A DNA stretch of 37,421 nt, taken from a virus. Taxonomy: Duplodnaviria > Caudoviricetes. Within the stretch, counting starts at the first letter, position 1. Each line of letters starts with the position of its first letter. Below, piece by piece: positions 7,294 through 14,645 of the stretch. Below the pieces are notes generated by a model, which worked only from the letters and a program-made list of their open reading frames with translations, made no database searches and was not told the DNA's origin. The stretch lies in the IMG/VR virus record IMGVR_UViG_3300017747_001665, positions 1 to 37,421 of that record; one strand, written 5' to 3'. The translations under genes and the position numbers were made by a program.

Positions 7294-9533
7294 GTCAGCT
7301 TTCTATTGCCGATTATGCTAACGCATACACCAGCCGCTACGGTTGGCATCTTGTACCAATTGAGCCGATGCGCAAGTTCCCACAGTCAGCCGATTGGGGC
7401 AATAACGCATTGCACGAGCCAGCCCAAGCGCTTGCATACTGGACTGTAAACCCAAACTGGAACATGGGCGCTGCTCTTGGTCCATCTGGTATGTGCAGCT
7501 TGGATATTGATGACGCTGACGGTTGGGCGCTTATCATGGAGGAGTTCGGCATTCCTGCCAGTGCACTGGACGCATACCCTACTATTCAGGGTCGCGGCAA
7601 GCGCGTGATGTTCAGAGTGCCTGATGGCGTTGTTCTGCCATACTGCAAGGTGAATTGGCCACGCCAAGAAGACCCGAAGAAGCACTTCACAGTCGTTGAG
7701 TTCAGAGCTGCCTGTGATGGCTCTCAGAAGCAAGACGTTTTGCCGCCTTCGATCCACCCGACAACACAGCAACCATATACATGGTTAGTCAAACCACCTA
7801 AGACGCTGGCAGAGTGGCCAACTCCACCAGATTGGTTGCTTGCTATCTGGTCTGCTTGGGAGTCATTTAAGCCGCAACTGCAGCAAGTATGCCCTTGGCT
7901 GCCTAAGCCAGAACGCAAAGCGCTGCCACAACGCACGCAGCAGCCATCTCAAGGTATGCCGGACGTAAGTGGAGAGTATGAGCGCACTTACCCGATAGAG
8001 CAACAGCTAGAGCGTTACGGCTACGTGCGAAAGGGCAAGCGCTACTTGTCACCTCATAGCTCTACTGGATTGGCTGGCGTTCACTTGCTCGACAACGCAC
8101 GCTGTTGGATCCACCATGCAAGCGACCCACTTTGCAGTGAAGAATCAGGCAAGCCTGTTAGCAGTTATGACCTGTTTTGCTACTATGAACACAACGGCGA
8201 CTACTCCAAGGCGTTCAAGGCTGCTGCAGTTGAGATGAACATACAGTTACGCGCACCAGTGCAAGTGCGAGAACATACTGAGCAGCCTGTTGTTCAGTAC
8301 GATGAACAAACGCACGCACCAATGCACTACGACGCAGACCCAAGCGCACCGCTGCCGTTCTGCACTGAAAAGGGCGTTCCTCTGGCGCACATATCAAACC
8401 TGAAAGAGATATGCCGCAGGCTTGGCGTTCAAGTGCGTTACAACGTCATAAGCAAGGAAGAGGAAGTAATCATTCCTAACCAGTCATTCAGCCTAGACAA
8501 CGAGGGCAACGCCTCGCTTGCTTGGCTAGAGTCTGAATGCAGCCTTTTCAAGATGCCAACTGCTAAGCTGCCAGGGTTTGTCACCTACATCGCAGACCAG
8601 AACCAATACAACCCTGTCGCGCAGTGGGTATGCTCTGCGCCATGGGATGGCAAAGACCACTTAGGCGAACTGCTGGCGACTGTGACTATTAAGGACGCAG
8701 CGAACACGAAAGCAGTTGAGTTGAAAGACACCTTGATAAAGCGCTGGATGGTATCAGCTATCGCTGGCGCGTTTAGTCCGAAAGGTGTTAGCGCTTCAGG
8801 TGTTTTGGTGTTTCAGGGAGACCAATACGTCGGCAAGACTAAGTGGTTCAAGTCGCTAGTGCCTGAAGATAAAAACCTGATAAAAGACGGCGTTATTCTC
8901 AAGCCTGATGACCGCGACAGCGTAAAGCAGGCTGTTAGTTTTTGGCTTGTTGAGCTTGGCGAGTTAGATAGTACGTTTAGAAAGTCTGACATTGCAGCGC
9001 TGAAAGCATTCCTAACTAATGACAAGGACGTTTTGCGGAGAGCTTATGCTAGAAAGGAAAGCCAGTACGCACGCCGCACGGTGTTCTTCGGCTCAGTTAA
9101 CCCGAAAGAGTTCTTGCACGACCCGACAGGGAACAGGCGCTATTGGACTATTGAGGTTGCACACCTGAACCACTCGCACAACATCGACATGCAGCAAGTG
9201 TGGGCGCAGGTTTATGAGTTGTGGAAAGCTGGCGCTAGTCACTACCTGACGCCTGATGAGATGGGGCAGTTGAATAATCACAATGAAGATTTTACTGCTT
9301 CGGATCCGATTGAAGAGTCAGTTCAGACTGGTTTTGATTGGAGTTCAAATCAGTCTTATTGGTCATGGAGAACTGCAACTGATGCTTTAAAATCGCTTGG
9401 CTATGAACGGCCATCAAAGGCTGATGTTAACTCTGCAGCTTCGGCTATTCGCAAGTTAAACGGCAATCAAGGCAAAAGGACAAGCAGCGGGAAGCTTCTT
9501 CTCTTGCCGCCGATGGCGATGTTTAGTCAATAA
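7290..9533 (+). CDS. Bifunctional primase-polymerase (PrimPol) fused to VapE-like helicase
   Basis: N-terminal W.LVPI, SLDID, VLPPSIHP.T..PY.W; C-terminal Walker A QGDQYVGKT, VELGELD, RRAY, GSVN, DPTGNRRYW; winged-helix-like tail. Confidence 0.9.
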   Translation: MSQLSIADYANAYTSRYGWHLVPIEPMRKFPQSADWGNNALHEPAQALAYWTVNPNWNMGAALGPSGMCSLDIDDADGWALIMEEFGIPASALDAYPTIQGRGKRVMFRVPDGVVLPYCKVNWPRQEDPKKHFTVVEFRAACDGSQKQDVLPPSIHPTTQQPYTWLVKPPKTLAEWPTPPDWLLAIWSAWESFKPQLQQVCPWLPKPERKALPQRTQQPSQGMPDVSGEYERTYPIEQQLERYGYVRKGKRYLSPHSSTGLAGVHLLDNARCWIHHASDPLCSEESGKPVSSYDLFCYYEHNGDYSKAFKAAAVEMNIQLRAPVQVREHTEQPVVQYDEQTHAPMHYDADPSAPLPFCTEKGVPLAHISNLKEICRRLGVQVRYNVISKEEEVIIPNQSFSLDNEGNASLAWLESECSLFKMPTAKLPGFVTYIADQNQYNPVAQWVCSAPWDGKDHLGELLATVTIKDAANTKAVELKDTLIKRWMVSAIAGAFSPKGVSASGVLVFQGDQYVGKTKWFKSLVPEDKNLIKDGVILKPDDRDSVKQAVSFWLVELGELDSTFRKSDIAALKAFLTNDKDVLRRAYARKESQYARRTVFFGSVNPKEFLHDPTGNRRYWTIEVAHLNHSHNIDMQQVWAQVYELWKAGASHYLTPDEMGQLNNHNEDFTASDPIEESVQTGFDWSSNQSYWSWRTATDALKSLGYERPSKADVNSAASAIRKLNGNQGKRTSSGKLLLLPPMAMFSQ

Positions 9534-9539
9534 TTTCCG

Positions 9540-9564
9540 AGCCAGCTACACGCTGGCTTTTTTT
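9540..9564 (+). terminator. Intrinsic terminator
   Basis: agccagc-tacac-gctggct followed by a T run, after the primase stop. Confidence 0.75.
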
Positions 9565-9567
9565 ATG

Positions 9568-9855
9568 TCAGTTAAATATAAAAAATTTACCTTGACCAGT
9601 TCTTCTGCTCTGTATTCCAAAACCTCTTAATGTCGATGATATTTTGTTTGTAACGTGCTTTGATGGATCAATATTAATTTTTCTTGCTACATCTGTTGCT
9701 GTCATTTTCCCTAAGAGAAGTTTCGATTCAATTGCTGACAATAGTAATTTTTCAATTTCATTTTCTTTTTTCTCCCCACTGCAAATTGCAGGTAAAAGCA
9801 TCCATAAACGACCTTCTTTGTCTTTTTTTATTACTGTATTAACTGATGTGATCAT
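9568..9855 (-). CDS. Stand-alone winged-helix protein paralogous to the primase-helicase C-terminus
   Basis: TATDV...PSK...N..S..LR..G.QSRRTGQGK aligns with the helicase tail TATDA...PSK...N..AS.IR...GNQGKRTSSGK; has its own promoter. Confidence 0.7.
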   Translation of the reverse strand: MITSVNTVIKKDKEGRLWMLLPAICSGEKKENEIEKLLLSAIESKLLLGKMTATDVARKINIDPSKHVTNKISSTLRGFGIQSRRTGQGKFFIFN

Positions 9856-9891
9856 GAAAAACCCCTAGTGAGCATGTGATTAACGTTGTTC

Positions 9892-9920
9892 ATTATGTTC
9901 ACTTAAAGCTGCAAAGTCAA
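9892..9920 (-). promoter_or_regulatory. Sigma70-like promoter for the 95-aa winged-helix gene
   Basis: Minus strand reads TTGACT-17 nt-CATAAT. Confidence 0.6.
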
Positions 9921-9942
9921 ATTTATTTTTTATAATTAATGC

Positions 9943-10225
9943 CCTTCTATGACCTTCTATGACCTTGTGTCTTATAGTCTATTTTTCAGTAACCTATTGA
10001 AAATAAAAGAAAATGACCAAAATGACCAAAATGACCAACTTTTGCCAACTTCTAATAGCGGATCGCGTTTACCTCCCCTAATATGGCTTTAATCATATTT
10101 TATATTTTATATATATAGTTGGTACACTTGGTCATAAATAGGATGCAAGCCAATAACGGCGCGGCTTGCAGGCTTGACCAACTCAAAAAATAGTTGGTCA
10201 TAGTTGGTCATAGTTGGTCATAGTT
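9943..10225. repeat. Putative replication origin with iterons
   Basis: (ccttctatga) x2.5 at 9943-9966; (aaaatgacc) x3 at 10010-10040; AT-rich core near 10095-10117; inverted copies ttggtca at 10128 and (tagttggtca) x3 at 10191-10225; hairpin tgcaagcc...ggcttgca at 10144-10170. Non-coding and next to the primase-helicase. Confidence 0.75.
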
Positions 10226-10244
10226 AAATTTTTGCATTATCCAC

Positions 10245-10272
10245 TTGCACCAATAATCAAATATGCTATATT
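10245..10272 (+). promoter_or_regulatory. Sigma70-like early rightward promoter
   Basis: TTGCAC-16 nt-TATATT with extended -10 TG; followed by hairpin cacagc-acgac-gctgtg and AGGAGG RBS. Confidence 0.65.
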
Positions 10273-10308
10273 CAATTACACAGCACGACGCTGTGACCAG
10301 GAGGAAAA

Positions 10309-10500
10309 ATGAAACCAATCGCAGAACTAATAAAACAATACGGCACGCAAAAAAAGCTTGCTGAGGCTATGGGCGTGAATCAAGGCCAAGTATCTAGCTG
10401 GCTTCGATATGGGGCGCTGGTGGCTGACGATGGCGCTGTGTGGGTAAAGCGGCGTGATGGTGTTGATGGGTTGGGGTTGTTTTTGGAGGGTGAGGAATGA
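10309..10500 (+). CDS. Cro-like HTH protein (63 aa)
   Basis: LIKQYGTQKKLAEAMGVNQGQVSSWL is a Cro-type HTH. Confidence 0.75.
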   Translation: MKPIAELIKQYGTQKKLAEAMGVNQGQVSSWLRYGALVADDGAVWVKRRDGVDGLGLFLEGEE

Positions 10501-10841
10501 TTGAGGCTAAGTTTACGAAAGGACCGTGGGAATGGCGCAAAGACCATCATAACGATGGATATTATGGACTGTACGCCAATGACGAGCCTGTCGTTTATCC
10601 GCAGTGCTGCAATGATGGCGACGATGGTCTAGCGTGGTTTTCTACAGATGAAGATTATTACGGAGAAACCGCATTAAAACAGGCAGACGCTGACCTAATA
10701 TCCTGCGCACCTGAGATGTATGAGATGCTTGAGCAAGTAAGCAAGCTTGTGGATGTGGACGGCATGGAGGCTATTCAGTGGATTATTGATAACTGCCATG
10801 ATGTTGAATCGCTACTCGCAAAAGCTAGAGGTGAGAAATGA
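10497..10841 (+). CDS. Hypothetical phage protein (114 aa)
   Basis: Common phage motif FTKGPW...ADA.LI..APEMYEML...LLAKARGE. Confidence 0.75.
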   Translation: MIEAKFTKGPWEWRKDHHNDGYYGLYANDEPVVYPQCCNDGDDGLAWFSTDEDYYGETALKQADADLISCAPEMYEMLEQVSKLVDVDGMEAIQWIIDNCHDVESLLAKARGEK

Positions 10842-11065
10842 AACGAATGAGCGAAGTTTTTAAGTTGCCAGTAGTGTTGACAGTGGCTGGTGCTACCAGC
10901 AAACAAGTTGAGCGCGTGAATTTGTCGGCACACGCAATAAACCACGTTGACGCGCTGGCTGATGCTTTGGAAGGCCTTTTAAATAGACTTCATTATGAGG
11001 GTTGCGATTTTGCAGATATGGCTGTTGCCGCCACTGCGTTAGAAGCCTATAGAGGTAAAGCATGA
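10838..11065 (+). CDS. Hypothetical phage protein (75 aa)
   Basis: ATGA-coupled on both sides; GAGG RBS. Confidence 0.65.
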   Translation: MKRMSEVFKLPVVLTVAGATSKQVERVNLSAHAINHVDALADALEGLLNRLHYEGCDFADMAVAATALEAYRGKA

Positions 11066-11220
11066 CCGGATTAACCTACCAACTAAAACAAAAAGTCCGC
11101 AACGGCTTTGTGAGGCTTAGTGACTTGCGCCCCAATAGTCGTGAAATCGCGAAACGGATGCTGGCTAATGGGGAATTGTTTGTCGATGGCAAGGGTTATT
11201 TGCGCTTGAATGAAGTTTAA
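11062..11220 (+). CDS. Small hypothetical protein (52 aa, MTGLTYQLK...)
   Basis: Translated by hand; ATGA overlap, GAGG RBS, fills the gap exactly. Confidence 0.6.
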   Translation: MTGLTYQLKQKVRNGFVRLSDLRPNSREIAKRMLANGELFVDGKGYLRLNEV

Positions 11221-11234
11221 TTGGAGATTGGAAG

Positions 11235-11504
11235 ATGAAATTTAATTTATACAGAATGAGCGCATTATCGACCACCAAGTGGTCAACAAAGCCAGATGAC
11301 TTAGAGATTTTCATAGAAATTAACCTGCACATCGGGTTTGAGCATGGTTTTTTCTTTGCCGTTAATGTTGCAAATAAAACTTTCACCAGCAGAAACCCAT
11401 TTTCAGCATTACTTTCGGCGCTTGAGTCAGAGACTGTCGGAATGGCTAAGTATGACAAACTGAAAGAGCGTGTGCGCGATTTAGATTTGTGGAGCAAGTT
11501 ATGA
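11235..11504 (+). CDS. Hypothetical protein (89 aa)
   Basis: GGAG RBS; in operon. Confidence 0.6.
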   Translation: MKFNLYRMSALSTTKWSTKPDDLEIFIEINLHIGFEHGFFFAVNVANKTFTSRNPFSALLSALESETVGMAKYDKLKERVRDLDLWSKL

Positions 11505-11782
11505 GCAGTTTCGACAACTGGCGCTGCACAGACACCGCAGCAGACGAACAAGCCGAGCAAGACGCAAGAGTTGCTGCATTAGCCGAGCAAATCAGGCTAC
11601 AAATGATTATGGCGGATTTTATCGACGAAATCGAGATAAGTGCAAGCTTCAACACAGAATGCTGTCAGGCAATAACCAAGGCGTTTTTGGAGGGGGTTAA
11701 TCCTGCAATCCTACTGCACAACTATGCGCAGGGTTGGTTGGATGCCGAGGCGACTAGGTTGGCTAGGGAGAGATTGAAATGA
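11501..11782 (+). CDS. Hypothetical protein (93 aa)
   Basis: Start MSSF at 11501 with ATGA overlap and GGAG RBS. Confidence 0.6.
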   Translation: MSSFDNWRCTDTAADEQAEQDARVAALAEQIRLQMIMADFIDEIEISASFNTECCQAITKAFLEGVNPAILLHNYAQGWLDAEATRLARERLK

Positions 11783-12699
11783 ACCACGTAGTTTCTTTTT
11801 CAGGCGGCAGAACTAGCGCATATATGGTTTATCTTATTGAGTCAATGCGCAAGTCTGGCGAATGGACTGAGCCAGTTGAATATATTTTTATGGACACTGG
11901 CGCAGAGCATCCGAAGACTTATGAGTTTATTAAAAAGTGCGTTGAGCATTTTGGGATTGAACTTACTTGTTTGCATGGTGACTTCAACCAACCAGTAGGG
12001 ACTGGGCACAGTTACAAAGTTGTTTCAATTGATGACTGTAAGCACGATATGATTAACGGGCCATTCGCGCAGCTTATGAAAAAGTATGGGTTACCAACGG
12101 TCATGAGCGCGTGGTGCACCAGCCGAATGAAAGAAGAGACGCATGACAAATACTGCAACGATAAATACGGCAAAGGAAAGTACACAACATGGCTAGGAAT
12201 CAGAGCGGACGAGCCGCGCAGATTAAGGATTGGCAAAACTCCACACTTGCGCTACATGGCAGAAATAACAGACTTTGAAAAAGAAGATGTATTAGATTTT
12301 TGGAAGGGAATGCCTTTTGATTTGGGGATTCAGGAGCACTTGGGCAATTGCGTGTTCTGCATTAAAAAATCAGTAAACAAACTAGCCTTGGCGGCAAGAG
12401 ATGAGCCAGAATTAGCAGCAGACTGGATTGCGGCAATCGAAGCTGGTAGTGACAGGCTAAATAACCCAATCGAAAAGCAAACAGACGGGCTGTTTGTTGA
12501 GACATATACGCAGCACATTAAAAAAGGCGTTATGTATCGCGGAAGCAATACTATGGAATCAATCATAGCTAAATTCGCTCTACACTCGCGCGAAGAAATC
12601 TATGATTCAATTCGCAGCATGAAGCGCAAAGAGTCAGGTGGATGCACCGAATCTTGCGAGGCTTTCGCATCAGAACAACTAGATTGGGTGGAAGAATGA
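11779..12699 (+). CDS. PAPS-reductase-like adenine nucleotide alpha-hydrolase family protein
   Basis: PP-loop VVSFSGGRTS, FMDTGAEH..TY.F, WCT..MK, GIRADE..R, GNCVFC, CTESCE. Confidence 0.8.
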   Translation: MNHVVSFSGGRTSAYMVYLIESMRKSGEWTEPVEYIFMDTGAEHPKTYEFIKKCVEHFGIELTCLHGDFNQPVGTGHSYKVVSIDDCKHDMINGPFAQLMKKYGLPTVMSAWCTSRMKEETHDKYCNDKYGKGKYTTWLGIRADEPRRLRIGKTPHLRYMAEITDFEKEDVLDFWKGMPFDLGIQEHLGNCVFCIKKSVNKLALAARDEPELAADWIAAIEAGSDRLNNPIEKQTDGLFVETYTQHIKKGVMYRGSNTMESIIAKFALHSREEIYDSIRSMKRKESGGCTESCEAFASEQLDWVEE

Positions 12700-12962
12700 C
12701 AAAACAAACCGCAGTATTAAATCTCTGCTTAGCACGACACATCGCCAGGATAGAAGGTCGCAACGAAGCCATTGCAATCACCAAGGCAGCAAGGCGAATT
12801 CGTGACGAAACAAAAGACAAGGCGCTATACGAGCTGGTCAAGATGTACGCCGGAGATATTGCACCAGCTACGGTTGACGGCAAACGGTTAACTGGTGACA
12901 AGCTCAAGGTTATGTCGGTTGCTAAGCTTGAGAGTGGCATGCGTGAATTTGGTGTTTTATAG
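12696..12962 (+). CDS. Hypothetical protein (88 aa)
   Basis: Start MTKQ at 12696 with ATGA overlap. Confidence 0.6.
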   Translation: MTKQTAVLNLCLARHIARIEGRNEAIAITKAARRIRDETKDKALYELVKMYAGDIAPATVDGKRLTGDKLKVMSVAKLESGMREFGVL

Positions 12963-12963
12963 C

Positions 12964-12991
12964 TTGTGTTTTTAGCCGCGTGATATACAAT
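12964..12991 (+). promoter_or_regulatory. Sigma70-like promoter of cassette B
   Basis: TTGTGT-16 nt-TACAAT; predicted start near 12998, the first base of RNA P1. Confidence 0.5.
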
Positions 12992-12997
12992 AAAGCC

Positions 12998-13111
12998 ATC
13001 AGCTAGGAGTGAAGCCCAAACTGATTGACCGCCAGAAGCGGGATAAACAGGCTAGACGAATAAACCCGTATCAGGTGCCTACTAGCAGGCCGCTTCAACT
13101 GATACGGGTTT
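12998..13111 (+). ncRNA. Putative structured ncRNA / leader with two pseudoknot-type pairings, copy B
   Basis: P1 AUCAG/CUGAU with loop AGUGAAGC; P2 CCGC-CAGAA-GCGG; 13-bp P3 (13062-13074 with 13099-13111) carrying GU, inner stem GCCU/AGGC, loop ACUAGC and bulge CGCUUCAA. UGAAGC pairs with GCUUCA and GCUAG pairs with CUAGC. Confidence 0.75.
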
Positions 13112-13128
13112 TACTTTATGAGGCGAAA

Positions 13129-13725
13129 ATGACTAATAAATTAGTACAAGGTGTTGGGGTAAACGACGTCAGATGCCGCACTAAGTTTGTAGTTGATGGC
13201 GTTATTGTACGCTGTAAAATTTACGAAGCTTGGCGAAGTATGCTTACGCGATGCTACAGTGCGAAATGGGTGAATAAATACCCGACATACTCAGGATGTA
13301 GCGTTTCTGATGATTGGCTGATATTTAGTAACTTCAAGCGCTGGATGGAAAGTCAAGATTGGAAAGGAAAACAGCTTGATAAAGACATTCTTTCTCGTGG
13401 AAATAAGCTTTACAGCCCTGATTATTGCTGTTTTGTTTCTAGTATAACAAACACATTTATGACTGATAGCGGTGCAGTGAGAGGTGAGTGGCCTATTGGC
13501 GTTTCCTACAACAGGGCTAGAAATAAATTTATATCTGAATGCAGCAACCCTTTCACAAAAAAGAAGGAGTATTTAGGTGGCTTCGAAAATGAAATATCTG
13601 CTCATGAAGCGTGGAGAAATAGGAAACATCAGCTAGCATTGCAACTGGCTGATACGCAATCAGACGCTAGAGTGGCGGATGCGTTGAGAGTTAGATACTT
13701 AAATACAACTATTGGAGCTATTTAA
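13129..13725 (+). CDS. HNH-like (DKD variant) / AP2-like domain protein, copy B
   Basis: Same motifs as copy A, roughly half the residues identical by eye. True start is MTNKLV at 13129 after GAGG, matching the paralogue N-terminus. Confidence 0.75.
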   Translation: MTNKLVQGVGVNDVRCRTKFVVDGVIVRCKIYEAWRSMLTRCYSAKWVNKYPTYSGCSVSDDWLIFSNFKRWMESQDWKGKQLDKDILSRGNKLYSPDYCCFVSSITNTFMTDSGAVRGEWPIGVSYNRARNKFISECSNPFTKKKEYLGGFENEISAHEAWRNRKHQLALQLADTQSDARVADALRVRYLNTTIGAI

Positions 13726-13899
13726 ATGCGCACCTACACAATTGCAGCAACAACCAGGACAGGCAATTACATTCAGACTCAAACGAGCGCAACTAGCATG
13801 ACAGGGGCGATTGAAAACTTTATATACGACTTGGCTATCGGTCATGCTACGTTGATGGAAGAGGTTGTTGAGCTGGATATTACGGAGCTTGTTGAATGA
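13726..13899 (+). CDS. Small hypothetical protein (57 aa, MRTYTIAA...)
   Basis: Translated by hand; GGAG RBS; abuts the previous stop. Confidence 0.55.
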   Translation: MRTYTIAATTRTGNYIQTQTSATSMTGAIENFIYDLAIGHATLMEEVVELDITELVE

Positions 13900-14027
13900 G
13901 CGAACAAATAGCATGGGAATCAACAACGATATGCTATAAGAAGTTTATCACTCATTCGCAATATTTAAAGTTCAGCAAAACGGTTCAGTCTTGGTATAAG
14001 CCCTATCGCTGCTCACATTGCAACTAG
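13896..14027 (+). CDS. Small hypothetical protein (43 aa, ends RCSHCN)
   Basis: Translated by hand; ATGA overlap, GGAG RBS, ends at the terminator. Confidence 0.5.
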   Translation: MSEQIAWESTTICYKKFITHSQYLKFSKTVQSWYKPYRCSHCN

Positions 14028-14049
14028 CCGCCTAATAAGCGGCTTTTTT
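14026..14049 (+). terminator. Intrinsic terminator
   Basis: agccgc-ctaataa-gcggct followed by a T run. Confidence 0.75.
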
Positions 14050-14103
14050 CATTCATAAACATGCGCTATACTCATATCGTTTTAACGAATTGGAAACGAT
14101 GCC

Positions 14104-14562
14104 TTGAAAAAGTTTGATAGCGAGTATCAGCCAGCCAATCGACGCACAAGAAACAAATTAACGCTTGTGCTTGAGGCTATTAAAAGCGAAAAGCTTTTAG
14201 GCACTGACGACACAACAAGCCGAGAAGATGCAGAAAAGGCGGTCTTTGCTTACCTGGCTAAAGCTGCTTTTATGCCTACACCTGAGCAAGCTGTTTTATC
14301 TAACACCTGCATGACTGCGCTTCTCAAGAAGGCTTGGCCAGATAGCAAACCGACAAACGAGCCTGTGACTTTCAAGTTTGACAAAGATTTGCCACCAGCA
14401 GAAAACGCAGATGCAATCATGACTTCTGTTGCTTGTGGCGACATAGCGCCTGACATTGGCGCGCTGCTCATCAGCATGATTAAAGACACCATTCAAATCA
14501 GCGAATCGACCGAGCTAATCAAGCGCCTTGATATGCTTGAAGAGGCATTGAAAGCTAAGTAG
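14104..14562 (+). CDS. terS: Putative terminase small subunit
   Basis: N-terminal KF....QP..RR.R.K motif, C-terminal coiled 'ELIKRLDMLEEAL'; first gene of the late region. Size and position fit. Confidence 0.6.
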   Translation: MKKFDSEYQPANRRTRNKLTLVLEAIKSEKLLGTDDTTSREDAEKAVFAYLAKAAFMPTPEQAVLSNTCMTALLKKAWPDSKPTNEPVTFKFDKDLPPAENADAIMTSVACGDIAPDIGALLISMIKDTIQISESTELIKRLDMLEEALKAK

Positions 14563-14588
14563 CTCATAGAAAGCTTAAGCGCCTAAAG

Positions 14589-14617
14589 TTGATACTTACT
14601 AGCAATCCGCGTATAGT
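14589..14617 (+). promoter_or_regulatory. Sigma70-like promoter
   Basis: TTGATA-17 nt-TATAGT; AAGGAG RBS at 14632. Confidence 0.65.
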
Positions 14618-14645
14618 TTGACCATATCACAAAGGAGCTTCAACG

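Noticed and set aside
9943-10225. CRISPR-like or mini-array interpretation of the short repeats
   Set aside because: The repeats are 9-10 bp tandem units without unique spacers and no cas genes are present; an iteron origin fits better.
12998-13111. Pistol or hammerhead ribozyme identity for the structured RNA
   Set aside because: The GU junction opposite a pseudoknot strand resembles pistol, but the connectivity differs and the conserved flanking G residues are absent. CUGAUUG does not match the hammerhead CUGANGA...GAAA core.
13009-13128. N-terminal 40-aa extension of the 238-aa ORF in the track
   Set aside because: The paralogue starts at the position equivalent to 13129, an RBS precedes 13129, and the extension coincides with the structured RNA.
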